A stretch of 64,000 bases of DNA, from positions 69,502,001 to 69,566,000 of the forward strand of contig NC_135804.1 in assembly GCF_964213995.1 (NCBI RefSeq). The letters run 5' to 3'. Below, piece by piece: positions 13,849-27,244 of this stretch. The notes under the pieces were generated by a model. The model made no database searches. It was not told the origin of the DNA and worked only from the letters and a program-made list of their open reading frames with translations. Positions within the stretch are counted from its first letter, which is position 1, and each line of letters starts with the position of its first letter. Origin of the DNA: Mustelus asterias (Eukaryota). The translations under genes were made by a program, and so were the position numbers.

Positions 13849-14503
13849 CGGCTTGTGTCTGTGGGTTTCATTCTCCCCCCCAAAAAATTATTTCCATCTC
13901 CTGCAAAATTGTCACACCAGAGTGGTGGGGCTGGGTACTCTGTGTTCGTGAGTTTTTTTGGCAGACAGGAGCGTGTTGATGACTCTAAGCACCATTATGA
14001 TGATGCCACGGTGAAAATTAGTCTGACTCCTCTCTGAGCTTTGCATTCACGCTGGCATCTGGGCTCATGTCTGTGTACTGGGTAAGGGATCTGAAATCCC
14101 CATACAAGGCCCTGGGCGGGGTGGGGGGGGTGGGGGGGGGGGTGGGGGGGGGGGGGGGCGACGGGAGGGAATCACTCATGGGGCCAGCTTTCTTTTCTCA
14201 GTGACACAGCATTGAGGGGCTTCCCCAAGTAACATCAACGTGAAGCATTCCTCCAGTGATCATCAATGGAAGAGGAATTCCACTGGGGAATTAAGGGTTA
14301 TCATGAACGTTTGGGTAAGTGGAATTCAGTCCACGAAAAGATCAGCCATGATCTTATTGAATGGTGGAGCAGGCTCGAGGGGCCAGATGGCCTACTCCTG
14401 CTCCTAGTTCTTATGTTCTTATGCACTTATGTAACTACAACTTCCTAACCTTACATGGCCTATCACTACTCAGTGACTCCCAAGACTGTACATCAGAGGT
14501 GGA

Positions 14504-16140
14504 GGGGGGCTAGCTGCCTACCATGCCCCATTGTTTGTGATGTGCATGGTGGGCATCGTTTGGAGGCCCTGGACCTTGAGGACCCTGGCCGGCTTCCAGG
14601 TGTCTGGGCTGTTTCCATTGCACCCTCTTCAGTGTTGCAGTATTGGCCTGGGAAGCATGCAAGACAGGCAATAGCTGGTCCAATTGAAAGCCTTGGAACT
14701 CCTCCCAACAGTCTCGCAGTTGGTCCAGTGTGGCCTTCAGCCCCTCCTGCATTCCCCAGCTCTGTTGGTGTAACATTAGCAGCTCAGGGAGAAGTGATCT
14801 CAGAGGCCCAGCATGTAGCCTGTGTCCAGCTGACTCCTTGCCTCCAGCAGGCCCCCACATGCCAGAGGCCTCGGACACCCCTCCTCCACCTGATGTACAT
14901 TATCAGATGTGTCATTCTCTCCAGAGAGTGACCCTGAAGCCTCACCACTAACTGGACCTACTGACGCGTCAGTATCTGGGATCATGAATTGTGAGTTGGA
15001 AGCTCACACCAAAATGGTGCCACCCTCGGAGGTTCCTTCACGCATACTCATCTGACCAGTCCTCAACAGGATTGGGGCTGCTGCAGCTGTGGTCTGTCGT
15101 CCAGAAGGCCCCACGGCATCCAGTTCTCTCCCTGCAACACAGACACAAGGTCAGGTTCAAGGGAGGGAGAGGAATTCGGGATGCCAAACATGATCCACAT
15201 TTCTCCGTTGAGTATAGAACAAATTACATCACAGGAACAGGCCTTTCAGCCCTTCAAGCCTGTAGCGAGCAGGCTGCCCATCTGATTTGTAACCCCCTAC
15301 CCTTCCTGGGCCCATTTGATTGTATTCCCTTTCCAATCACATAGATGTAAAGCCACGTCTTAAAGATTGCTATTGTATCTGCCTCCACAACCTCCCCCGG
15401 CAGCGAGTTCGAGGCACCCACTACCCTCTCCGTGCAAATAAACATGCCTCATACATCTCGTTTAAACCTTACTCCTTGCAGCCAGAACTCATGCCCCCGA
15501 GGACTTGCCTCAAAGTGAGTGGAGGAATGACAGGTGCTCACATGTTGACGGCAGCCCAGCCATGCTGTCACTGACAGCCCACATCTCCCGTTCCTTTGTG
15601 AACTCCAGTGCGCACTCATCAAAGGGGGTGAGGACCCAGAGGTCTGGCTCACCATCCCCTGTCTTCGCCCTTTCATGAGTGTTATGGTTGGTCTTCAGCT
15701 GTGGAAACAGAATGAGCCATGGAAGAAATGAAGACATGACTACTGCAGAGTATCAGATTGCGGCCCATAGAGGGCAAGCACAGTGGGACTCTTGGGGGGA
15801 TAAGAAGGAGCTGCTTGGGGGTCAGGAGCTGGAAGTATGCAGGGTGCTGGGGATGGGAGGATCTGGGGGAGATTTGGGCGAAGATGAAAGTTGCGGATCA
15901 GCACTCACCCTTGCTGCCCGGATGAGGTCATTGATCTTTTTGCAGCATTGCGTTGCATTTCGGATGGCCAGTGGCCTGGCATTTACCGAGGCAGCGACTG
16001 CCTCCCAGGCCGTATTGCCATTTGAACCCCTGGGTCTGCGTCCTCCTGGGGGGGAAGAGCATATCCCAACTCGTCTCTGCTGCATTCAGTAACCTGCCCA
16101 GATTGCCCTCAGAAAAACGGGGAACAAGTAATGCTCACAT
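14504..16140 (-). pseudogene. Harbinger Myb/SANT gene (copy 2)
   Basis: Duplicate of 4590-6226. Confidence 0.8.
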
Positions 16141-19100
16141 TGTCCTGTACTGTCTGCCTGTCCATTCTTGAGTTTTTAATGGATCTGCCCCTCGTTAGAG
16201 CAGATCAGCTGCAGGCAATTCGGCGGCGCATTCCAGCAAGTTACATGCAGTTTGTTTGTTAGTATTGAGTGGAAGACAAGTGAACACTTGCAGATGTGCT
16301 GATTGAGTGGGGGTTGGGGGGGGGGGGAGAGTGGTACTGTATCAGTGCCTCAATGAATGGTGACAGGGGAGAGATAGGAAGGTGTCACATAGCCATCGGA
16401 GTCCGGAGGAGATACGGGCATTGTGCGGTTAGGTCCGGGGTGGGGGTGAGGGGGATTATTCTGCCTAACATCTGTCTGATGGAGATGGGAGGGTGAATCT
16501 CTCTGCCTGAGTTCAGTGGGAGGAAGGGGGGTCAGCTGCCACTCTGAGATCAGTAGGGGCAAGTGGGATTCGCTGCCATGCTGCCCTAGATCGGTGGGGG
16601 TGAAGGGGGGCCCACTGCCACTCTGCCTGAGATCATTGGGGGGGGGGGAGGGCAATCCTCTGCCACTCTGCCTGAAATCAGTGGGGGAGCGGGTGGATGG
16701 GAGTTCGTTGCCACTCTGCCTGAGATCAATGAGGGAGAATGGGGGTCTGCTGCCACTCTGCCTGAGATCTGTGGAGGAAGGGGAAGGGCCTGCGATTGGT
16801 CAGTGTGGCGTGGGTGTGGGGGGATAAGAGGGTCAGTAATGTTGTGAGGGTGGGGCAATGTCCGGGGAGGCATTCGCCGGCCCGGGAGTGATGTGGTCGG
16901 GGAGCATTATTCTATCATTTGTTTCTGCGCATGCGTGGCTCGAGGCACCAGTTGGAGCTCCAGGATTTTGGGCGGGTTACGTCCTGCCCACAGGCCTGTG
17001 CAATTCGGAATTGCTGATATTTTTGCAGGCAGAGTGCGTACAGAGGCGCCTGAGAGCAGGTCTAAAAGTCGGATCTGAAACACTCCAATTTCAACTCTGC
17101 CCAGCACTTAAAATCAAAATGGCAAAATAGGGTTCTCAGAGAGCAGATTGGAAGAGCCAGAGCGCCACCCTGTGCTTTCGTGTGGTAAAACACGCTGCTC
17201 AACGGTGACATGCAATTCTGATTTACAATGGGGGGGGCATGGGATAGGTTAATTCAGGTCGTGGCAACAGACCACGGGAAATTAATAAAGAAAATGATGG
17301 AGAATGGGTATGAGCCGCGCACATCGACGTGGAAGAAAAGGGATGGCGGACAAGTGGCAGATGGACTTCAAACCAGATAAATGCGTCGTGGTCCATTTTG
17401 GTAGGTCAAATGGGATGAAGAAGTACAATATTAAGGGAAAGACGCTTAGTACTGCAGAGGATCAGAAGGACCTTGGGGTCCGGGTCTATATGACTCTAAA
17501 ATCGGCCTCGCAAGTGGAGGAGGTGGTTAAGAAGGCGTATGGTGTGCTGGCCTTTATCAATCGAGGGATTGAGTTTAGGAGTCTGGGGATAATGATGCAG
17601 CTATATAAGACCCTCGTCAGACCCCACCTGGAGTACTGTGCTCAGTTCTGGTCGCCTCATTACAGGAAGGATGTGGAAAAGATTGAAAGGGTGCAGAGGA
17701 GATTGACAAGGATGTTGCCTGGATTGAGTGGCATGCCTTATGAGGATAGGCTGAGGGAGCTCGGTCTTTTCTCCTTAGAGAGACGTAGGATGAGAGGAGA
17801 CCTAATAGAGGTATATAAGACGTTGAGAGGCATAGATCGGGTGGACTCTCAGAGGCTTTTTCCCAGGGTGGAAATGGCTGCTCCGAGAGGACACAGGTTT
17901 AACGTGCTGGGGGGTAGATACAGGTTCGGTGGAAGTTTTTCACTCAGAACGTTGTGGGCGAGTGGAATCGGCTGCCGTCAGTGGTGGTGGAGGCAAACTC
18001 AATAGGGTCTTTTAAGAGACTCCTGGATGAGTACATGGGACTTAATAGGATGGAGGGTTATAGGTAGGCCTAAAAGGTAGGGATATGTTCGGCACAACTT
18101 GTGGGGCCGAAGGGCCTGTTTTGTGCTGTAGTTTTCTATGTTTCTATGTTTCTATACAGTGAAAATTATTGTTTCTTGCACGCTATACAGACAAAGCATA
18201 CCGTTCATAGAGAAGGAAACGATAAAGTGCAGAATATAGTGTTACAGTCACAGCTAGGGTGCGGAGAAAGATCAACTCAATGCAGGGTAAGTCCATTCAA
18301 AAGTTTGACAGCAGCAGAGAAGAAACTCTTCTTGAGTCGGTTGGTTCGTGACCTCAGACTTTTGTATGTTTTTCCCGAAGGAAGAAGGTGGAAGATAGAA
18401 TGTCCAGGGTGCCTGGTGTCCTTAATTATGCTGGCTGCTTTGCCGAGGCAGTGGGAAGTGTAGACAGAGTCAATGGATGGGATGCTGGTTTGCGTGATGG
18501 ATTGGGCTGCATTCACGACCTTTTGTAGTTCCATGCTGTCTTAGGCAGAGCAGCAGCCATACTAAGCTGTGATACAGCCAGAAAGAATGCTTTCCATGGT
18601 GCATCTCTAAAAGCTGGTGAGAGTTGTAGCTAACATGCCAAATTTCCTGGTCTACTGAGAAAGTAGAGGCGTTGGTGGGCTTTCTTAACTATAGTGTCGG
18701 CATGGGGGCACCAGGACATGTTGTTGGTGATCTGACACCGAAACACTTGAAGCTTTCGACCCTTTCTACTTCGTCTCCGTTGATGGACATGGGGCATGTT
18801 CTCCTTTACACTTTCTGAAGTCGATGACAATCTCCTTTTTGTTGTCGTTTTGTTTTGTTTAGTTACATATCGCACAATGTTCCAGAACAACAAAGAATTT
18901 AAAACATGCCGATCTCATCATTGCACCTTGTGCTATTCTGCACTCTACTTTTGTAATATCTAGCTTATATTAATAATGGCACAATTTCCACTCTTTTCCC
19001 ACTGGACATTAAAGCCACCCATTGCTCAACGCCGTTCAATATTCGGAGGCACTTTCCAAATGACCAATCCTCACCTTTTCGTAACATTTGCAATTAAACT

Positions 19101-19779
19101 GACAAACCCTTGGGGGGGAGGGGGGCGGGGGGGGGGCGGAGGGGGGTTTCACAGTGACTTCATTGCAGTATTTATGTAAGCCTACTTGTCACACTAATAA
19201 ATAAACTTTAAAACTTTAAAAACATTTCAAGCTGCAATTGAAAAAGTGCGGGAAAGTCTCGTAAATATGCAACGAATTATTAGGCGAGTGGAGGGGGAAA
19301 CTGTGAAAGTATTTCAGCTTAATTGCCTGCAAAACTGAAATAAATTATGAATATAATAGTCTTGCATTACAACATGCAAGATAAGTAAAATCAGGGGCAT
19401 ATGTAGGAGGGAGGGAATGAATGAAAGCAAAAAATGATTGGTTCTGCGATAAAGTGAACGGAAGAATGATTAAGTGACAAAAGGGATAATAATGCATGGA
19501 ATAATATGGGCGGTAATTGGACTAGAAAAGCAAGAAAATTATATCTGGATTAATTTTGCATTTTGATTATTGTTTTAACTGTTTTGCTTTGAACATTGCC
19601 TAATTGCACTTATGGCTTTTCAAATTAATTCTGTGCCCTAAGTTTCTCAAATAATGCACTGCAGGAGGAAAACGACGGAGAGGAAATATAAGTCAAATGG
19701 CACCACATATTTCTTCAGATGACGTGGCTATAGCGCACCCAAAGAGAACTTTCATACCAACTGGCATATACGAACCAGT

Positions 19780-20950
19780 ATACGACTTAGGAGAAGCAGT
19801 AGACCACTCGACCTCTCTACACTGCCCTGTCAATCAATAAGAACATGGCTGACCTGACTGTTATTGAACTCCACATTCCTATCGACCCCAGATAACCTTT
19901 CACCGGCTTATTAATCAAGAAGCCATCGAGGTCAGCCTTAAAATATTCAAAGACGCCGTTCCTACTGTCTTTCGAGGATGAGAGTGTCAGAGACTCACAA
20001 CCTTCTCAGGGAAAATAAATCGTATCTCTGACTTAAACGTGTGATGCTTTAAAAAAAAACAGTGCCTCCCAGTTTTAGAATCTCTGACAAGAGGAAATAT
20101 CGTTTCCACAGCCACCTTGCCGATATCGCCCCACGATTTCAATCAAGTCGTCTTTTACTCTTCTGAACACTCATGAGCACAATGCGAACATTTCCTCATA
20201 AAACAACCAGTCCAGTCCTAGTATTAATCGAGTAAACGCTCTCGAAACTGCTTCTGACTAATTTACACGTTTCCTTAAATAAGGAGACCAATATTGTACA
20301 TAACACTCCAGATGTGGTCTCACGAATGCGCTGCAAAACGTCCTTACTCCCATAATCAATTTCCCCTACAATAAATGATAACATTCTATCAATTTTCCTG
20401 TTTATCTGCTGGACCAGTATACCAGCCTTTTGTGACTCATGCACGAGGAAACTCTCACCATCCTGTCATTGTTTTAATATTCCAAGCGAATATGGACAAT
20501 TTCAAGTGTTCCAACATTATACTCCATTTGCCAGAATTTTGCTGAAGCATTTACCCCAATTTTGGCCTTTCGTCGCATCCTTACGCTCTCTTCACAATTT
20601 ACATTCCTATTTATGTTTGTCTCGTCAGCAAACGTAGCCACCGAACCTCCAGTCCTCTCAGACAAGTCATATATAAATTGAGGAAGTTGAAGGCCATCAT
20701 CGATCCCTGTGATGTCGCAGGGAAAGGCAATTAATTGGACAAACATGGTTTTTCTTGCACAAATCCATGTTGACTCTGCCTAATTTCGTGATTTTTTCCC
20801 CCAAGTCCCCAAGATCTTTCGTAATTGTTTCCAACACTTTCCCTGTGATAGTTGTTGACTAAATGACCTGTAGTTTTCTGTTTCATGTCTGTTGTCCTTC
20901 TTGAATAAAGGAGTTACATTTTCTGTCTTCCTCTATAATGGAACCTTTCC
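19780..20950 (-). mobile_element. Old degenerate CR1 LINE
   Basis: FADETN, WQMEYNVG remnants with many stops. Confidence 0.7.
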
Positions 20951-20959
20951 CGAATGTAA

Positions 20960-21320
20960 AAGTTAAAAAGTTTATTTATTAGTCACCAGTAAGGCTTACA
21001 TTAATAAAAAAAAATAGAAATAGAAACCCTACAGTACAGAAAGAGGCCATTCGGCCCATCGAGTCTGCACCGACCACAATCCCACCCAGGCCCGACCCTC
21101 ATATCCCTACATATTTACCCACTAATCCCTCTAATACTGCAATGAAGTCACTGTGAAATTCCACTTGCCGCCAGATTCTGGCACCTGCTTGGGTCAATGC
21201 ACCTAACCAACACGTGCTTCAGATATTTGGAGGAAACTCCACGCAGACAGTGACCCAAGCTGGGAATCAAAACCAGATTCCTGGCGCTGTGAGTTAGCAG
21301 TGCCACCACTGTATCACCGT
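20960..21320 (-). mobile_element. V-SINE (HE1-like) with a second SINE tail nested at ~21005-21132
   Basis: Reverse complement of the tRNA-like head and V-domain core; taata flanks the nested piece. Confidence 0.7.
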
Positions 21321-21455
21321 GTCACCTGGGAATTTTGGGAAAAAAATAATGGAACATCTTTCTAGCCATTTATTTATGTGATTAGTGTTAAGTCTATCGG
21401 GATACGGGAATTCGTAATCCACAGACCCAACAATTTGCTCAGTATCACTTTCCTG

Positions 21456-22243
21456 ATAAATGTGAGGTGATTCATTTTGGTAGGACAAATTTAAATGTGG
21501 ATTACAGGGTCAAAGGTAGGGTTCTGAAGACTGTGGAGGAACAGAGAGATCTTGGGGTCCATATCCACAGATCTCTAAAGGTTGCCACTCAAGTGGATAG
21601 AGCTGTGAAGAAGGCATATAGTGTGTTAGCTTTTATTAACAGGGGGTTGGAGTTTAAGAGCCGTGGGGTTATGCTGCAACTGTACAGGACCTTGGTGAGA
21701 CCGCATTTGGAATATTGCGTGCAGTTCTGGTCACCTCACTATAAGAAGGATGTGGAAGCGCTGGAGAGAGTGCAGAGGAGATTTACCAGGATGCTGCCTG
21801 ATTTGGAGTGTCGGTCTTATGAGGAAAGGTTGAGGGAGCTGGGGCTGTTCTCTCTGGAGCGGAGGAGATTGAGGGGAGACTTAATAGAGGTTTATAAAAT
21901 GATGAAGGGGATAGATAGAGTGAACGTTCAAAGACTATTTCCTCGGGTGGATGGAGCTATTACAAGGGGGCATAACTATAGGGTTCATGGTGGGAGATAT
22001 AGGAAGGATATCAGAGGTAGGTTCTTCACGCAGAGAGTGGTTGGGGTGTGGAATGGACTGCCTGCAGTGATAGTGGAGTCAGACACTTTAGGAACATTTA
22101 AGCGGTTATTGGATAGGCACATGGAGCACACCAGGGTGGTAGGGAGTGGGATAGCTTGATCTTGGTTTCAGATGAAGGTCGGCACAACATCGTGGGCCGA
22201 AGGGCCTGTTCTGTGCTGTACTGTTCTATGTTCTATGTTCTAT
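21456..22243 (+). mobile_element. Young CR1 LINE 3' fragment
   Basis: Open 230-aa ORF2 C-terminus; (ttctatg)n tail. Confidence 0.93.
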
Positions 22244-22769
22244 GGTTATTGTAATTTCCCTGTGTTCCTCAAGCCCTCCCATTTACTGATTTTCAGCTAT
22301 TTCTGAGCTGTTACTTCTGTCCTCTATGGTGAAAAATCAACGAAAAAAGCTTGTTTAATTCATCCACCATAGCCAGAACCTCCATTGCAAATTTCCCCAG
22401 AAGCATTTTGCATGGGACCATTGCTCACTTCGTTAGCTATTTCCTTGTTTCAACATCCATCGAATGTTTCACGGCCCGCCCTTGTGTTACTAGCTACCAT
22501 CCCTTCCTACTGTAGTTCCCCCCTTATTATCAACCGGTTTGTCATTATTCGATGGTTTTTCGAGGAGAAGTGGGGCACTGGAGTTATTATTAGCCTGTTA
22601 TTGCAGAGGCCCAGGAAATTCTGTAGTTCCCTGATTCGTAGCCCATCGTTGGTATTGGTGACATTTGAAGTGGAAAAAAGTGGAACTAAATGTTGTGTTG
22701 GTTACCTTAAATCTATGCCTTCTTGTTACTGACTCCGCAACTAAGGGAAAAACGTTTCTTCCATTCTAC

Positions 22770-23085
22770 AGTGGCACATTGGTTAGCACTGCTGCCTCAC
22801 AGCGCCAGGGACCCAGGTTCAATTCCTTGGGACCTCGCTTGAGTCACTGTCTGTGTGGATTTTCCATGTTCTCCCCTTATGTGTGTGTTTTTCCTCCGGG
22901 CGCTCTCGCTCCATGCCACAGTCCAAAGATGCGCGTGTTATGTGGATTAGCCATGCTAAATTGCCCCTTAGTGCCTGGGGGGCTAGCTAGGGTAAATGCA
23001 TGGGGTTATAGGGACTGGGCGGGATTGTGGTCATTGCAGACCCGATGGCCTCAATGGCCCCCTTCTACACTGCAGGATTCTATGA
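22770..23085 (+). mobile_element. HE1-like V-SINE
   Basis: ggttagcactgctgcctcacagcgccaggg head, cacagtccaaaga core, CR1-like tail. Confidence 0.8.
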
Positions 23086-23099
23086 TTCGATGTACTTCT

Positions 23100-24190
23100 C
23101 AAATTTGCATACCTCAATCAAGTCCCGAATGAACCACCTCTGCTCCATGGAGAACAATATCAGCCTAACCAGTCTCCCTTTAAGTTTAAACCTTCCAGCC
23201 CATGCAACATCCCAGTGCATATCAGCTGCATCCTCTCTTTGAGATCACATCTGTCCTTCGGCATGGCGGCCAGAAGAGCACACAACATTCATTCGAGCTG
23301 CGACCGAACGACCGTTTGATAGAGCTTCATCACAACCTCCCTGCTGTTATGTTCCATGCCACGGTTAAAAGAACAATTAACCGTTCTGACTTTTTAAGCA
23401 TGATATCTCCCTGTCTTGTTGTCTCCACACCCGATGCATATCGATCGGATAATGTCTCTTGTTGTATTTGCAAAGCTCTGCCCGTCTGACCAGCGCATCT
23501 CTATCGCCGTGTAATCTAAGGTTTCCTTCCCCGCTACTTACCACACCATTATCTTATGTGGCCTTTGCCAATTTAATGAACACGGAACATTTCTGTCTAG
23601 ATCATTGATGTACAAAAAGGAATATAGGATCCGGCACCAATCCCTGTGTTATATCACTGGAACAAGGATATCACTGGACGAAGGAGCAGCGCTCCGAAAG
23701 CTAATGGCATTTGCTACCAAGTAAACCTGTTGGACTTTAACCTGGTGTTGTTAAAACTGTTACTGTGTTTACCCCAGTTCAACGCCGGCATCTCCACATC
23801 ATTCTATCACTGGACACAGACTTCCAGTCACAAAAATTATATTCGACTCCCACCGTCTGATTTCTGCCACTAAGTCAATTTTGATTTCCAACTTGCCAAA
23901 TTGCCTTGGATTTCATGGACTCTAACCTGCTTGATCATTTTCCTATATGGGACATTGTGAAAAGCCTTAGTGAAGTCCATGTAGACTATCTTAACTGCCC
24001 TGCCCCATCTACACACTGACTCACCACCTCGAAAAATGCAATCATTTTGATGGACGTGATTCACCGTTGACAAACGGTAAATCATGAAGACCCTTCTTGG
24101 CTAACCCTTGCCTCTCTAAGTCTAGATTAATTGTGTCCCTCACATTTTTCTAAACAATTTCCTGCCACTGATGTTAAACTCTCTGACATG
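23100..24190 (-). mobile_element. Degenerate CR1 LINE
   Basis: MDFTKAFHNVPY remnant. Confidence 0.65.
23679..23804 (+). mobile_element. Penelope-like terminal-repeat fragment with a 5'-truncated hammerhead motif
   Basis: gacgaaggagcagcgctccgaaagcta...cctgttggactttaacctggtgttg, homologous to 32485-32579; flanked by tatcactgga repeats. Confidence 0.75.
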
Positions 24191-26084
24191 AAATGACTTG
24201 CGATTAGCAACTGAAAACCAGATACTCAGCGTAACTAGTTACTTGTCTTCTAGTGCAGGCAGACATAGTCCTAATATTGCCTAATCCCTCTGCCATTTAT
24301 ATCTTGCTGGATGTCACTGGCCCCTGCTCTCATCTCCACCTCCCTCCCCGCCCCCATGTTATCCCTATTCCCATCTGAACCAGGTTTCCAACTAGCTGCT
24401 TTGTTGCTCACCCAAACCCTCTCGTAAATGTCATTTCTTCATTTTCTACTCAGTAACATTCTTCTTGTCGTATTTGGCAGAGAAAAAAGAACATCGAATT
24501 CCAAAATGTCACTTCAGCCCTGATACAATTAACCATTGACTGTCACCAACTGAGATTGCTACCGATTTTTATGGTCCTGGAGGTTTCCTGCACAAATCTT
24601 TGCGAGCTCAGATGTCTGTGTAAACTTACTCCAAAACCGAAGGGAGGACATCGAAAAGAAAGCTCATATCAATATTTTGAAAGGAACTTCAATAATCATT
24701 CCCTCAGTCAGAGTGGCTGTGTTTAGTTAATTATTTATATTTACTATAAGCCTTACGCACAATCACAGCATGTGTGACCAACGGAAAGCGTGTCAACGTC
24801 ATGCTGATATTGGACAGGTTAGTGCACTTTCCTACCTCCATGAGGTAAAAGTTACGCCTGGCTTTACATGACACTTCAGCGCGCGCACATGCCTTTTCCA
24901 AGCCGTGTGAATGCCATGGACAGTGACTTTCAGTTTGCTTGTCCGTTCCTCCACAATTATCCAGGAGATAAAAGGCCGTCTCCCGTACCATGGCGGGGAA
25001 TTTTGTGCCGCTCTGGCTACAATTAATTATGAGAGCTATGATAAGCAAGTCTGATGATAATTATTATAAACAAGTCTGATTTTCGTTTCATGTTATAAAA
25101 TCCCCACCCGATACTTGTTGCATAATTGTGAAGTATTTCGTTACTGATAAATTAGCAGAACGGAAACAATTTGACATAGGGAACGTTGTCTTCAATATTT
25201 TATTCAATCTCAAGACCTATATTATAACGCATGCATCTTCAATAATAATTTAGCTGGATGTGTTTGTATGGGAACACCGCGGAACAGTAAATCAACCTAT
25301 TAAACGTTAGTTTTAGCTGCAGAATCAAGGTAATTGAACGAGGTGCATTCGCTGTTGCTAAATTTTGGAGGTTGGACAGATTAGAAGAAAAGCCGTTTGC
25401 AAGTCTATAACCGTAGGTTACTGTAAACCACCTTGCGAGAACATGCTTGACGTTTTGAATCATTAGTTCTTTAATTTAGCTCATAATTTAATTATGCAAC
25501 AAACATTTTCTAAGAAGAGAGCCACAACGATGAACAAAATAGCAGTTTATGTTGACAATTATTCCAAACAGCGATATTACATGTCACAAAGACGGTCACA
25601 AAATTTTCATATTACAGGCGACACAAAAAAGTGCATCAAAGTTGAATATGCACGAGACGGAAACACGACTTTTTTAATCAGTAAGAGGAAAAGGATTAAT
25701 AGAATGGGCGGGAAAATGGAGTTGAGTTTTATCATATCAGATCAGTTCTGATGTAATTGAATAGCAGAAAAGACTCGATGTGCCGAATTCAGTAATTCTG
25801 CCCGTCTGAATTATGATATAAAACTAAAATGAGGTAATTTTCAAGCGCAGTAATTAAATACTAATGTGTAAAAGGACAGCTGCAACATTAAACTTGGCAC
25901 AATCAAGAGCTGCCAGGAATGGCAGTTTGGCTCATTGAGAGTTTCGTGGTCGCCAGACTCGTGATAAGTGCGACATAGGACAATCCCCACAGAAGCAATC
26001 AAATGGATCATTGGGTAAGACAGCAATATAGTGACTGTACCCACTTCATCCAACGAGATACACAACTTTGTGTTACATGTAATC

Positions 26085-26214
26085 TGTTTCCAGGTTAGTT
26101 GTTTATTCCCTCGGTCGCAAGGCAGATGTTTTAGTCTTGACATTTGCTCCTGAGGACGAAATTGTGCCTCCAGCGTCACAAGCCAATGAAAGACTCACAC
26201 AATCTCATCAGTAT
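26085..26214 (-). other. Probable terminal exon (3' UTR; encodes DTDEIV* if entered in phase 1)
   Basis: Strong acceptor gtttttttctcttttcgttgatttag ending at 26215; AATAAA on the minus strand at 26107-26102 (another near 25200). 3' end uncertain. Confidence 0.5.
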
Positions 26215-27244
26215 CTAAATCAACGAAAAGAGAAAAAAACAGCCTTGGATATGTTAAATTGTTTGAATAAGTTGTTTCATTTTAACCACTGCTACATCCG
26301 TTGTCTTGTTTTGTAACCAACAGCATTCCCGTGAATAACTGTCACATTACCAGTCACGAAATTGTCACCTTTACATCAGCATATGACATCACAATCTAGT
26401 TTTTAATTATTAAGGCATGTTTCTGCAGTAGATGTTCTAATTTTTAATGTGCACAATATTAGTCTTTGTAATAAAAAACGATTACGTCCGAGTAATAAAA
26501 TTAAATTAATATTTGTAGGTTTTGCAGCTTATACGAAATGAATAAACGTTAAATAATTGTAGGCCATATCTATAAATGAACACGATATGGTGATGAATTT
26601 AAATTGTTTTACGAGAAGCTGTAGCGGATAAGTAAATTGTATTCTCAGCTTTTTACTTTAATTGGTTAAAACAGCACCTTTACGATGCTTTTCCTTTTTA
26701 GGAAGCTATGAAATTGATTAAATTATGAGTAAAGTGGACGATTCCACTAAAAGTGTTTTCCTAAATAGTGCAGCAATTTTCACTGGTCCTCATATATTTC
26801 GACATTCTTCCTCACAACTACTTATTTATATAAGTACCTTGCTGTCACGCTATGAGGGATACTTCACAATTAATATGAATTTCTCCTCTAAGATAACATG
26901 ACAATCTTTGATAGCGCAGGCAAATTTAGACTTGAAGCTTCCGCTTTAATGACGAGCAATAAACAATGCACGAGGATTTTCGTATGCAATAATTCTTTAA
27001 GAACGCATCTGTTTCATAACATTGTACAAAACTTTGGCAAAAATAAGTTTTTCATTGTTAAACAGTATGCATATGACATGGCGAGGGTGCCTCAAAATAA
27101 ATGGCGCTGCGCTCAACGAAGGAAACATCACTCAGGATTTACGTCAATGAAAACGTTCAATATGGAACGCGTTCAGATTCACTAAAGTTCAACTTTATTC
27201 CTAGCTTTGCGAATAATTTTCGGCATTTACCGTTAGCGCTTCAC

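Larger units (their letters stand above)
10529..17135 (+). mobile_element. PIF/Harbinger DNA transposon, decayed (copy 2)
   Basis: TCA at 10526-10528 and 17136-17138; same internal structure as copy 1. Confidence 0.85.
9922..19224 (+). repeat. Copy 2 of the ~9.3 kb duplication (higher-quality copy)
   Basis: Same sequence as 1-9311. The CR1 RT segment is open here (within ORF 11917-13014) but frameshifted in copy 1. Confidence 0.97.

Noticed and set aside
25841-26179. 112-aa minus-strand ORF near the gene 3' end
   Set aside because: Non-ATG start, no recognisable domain, and it lies in the probable 3' UTR.
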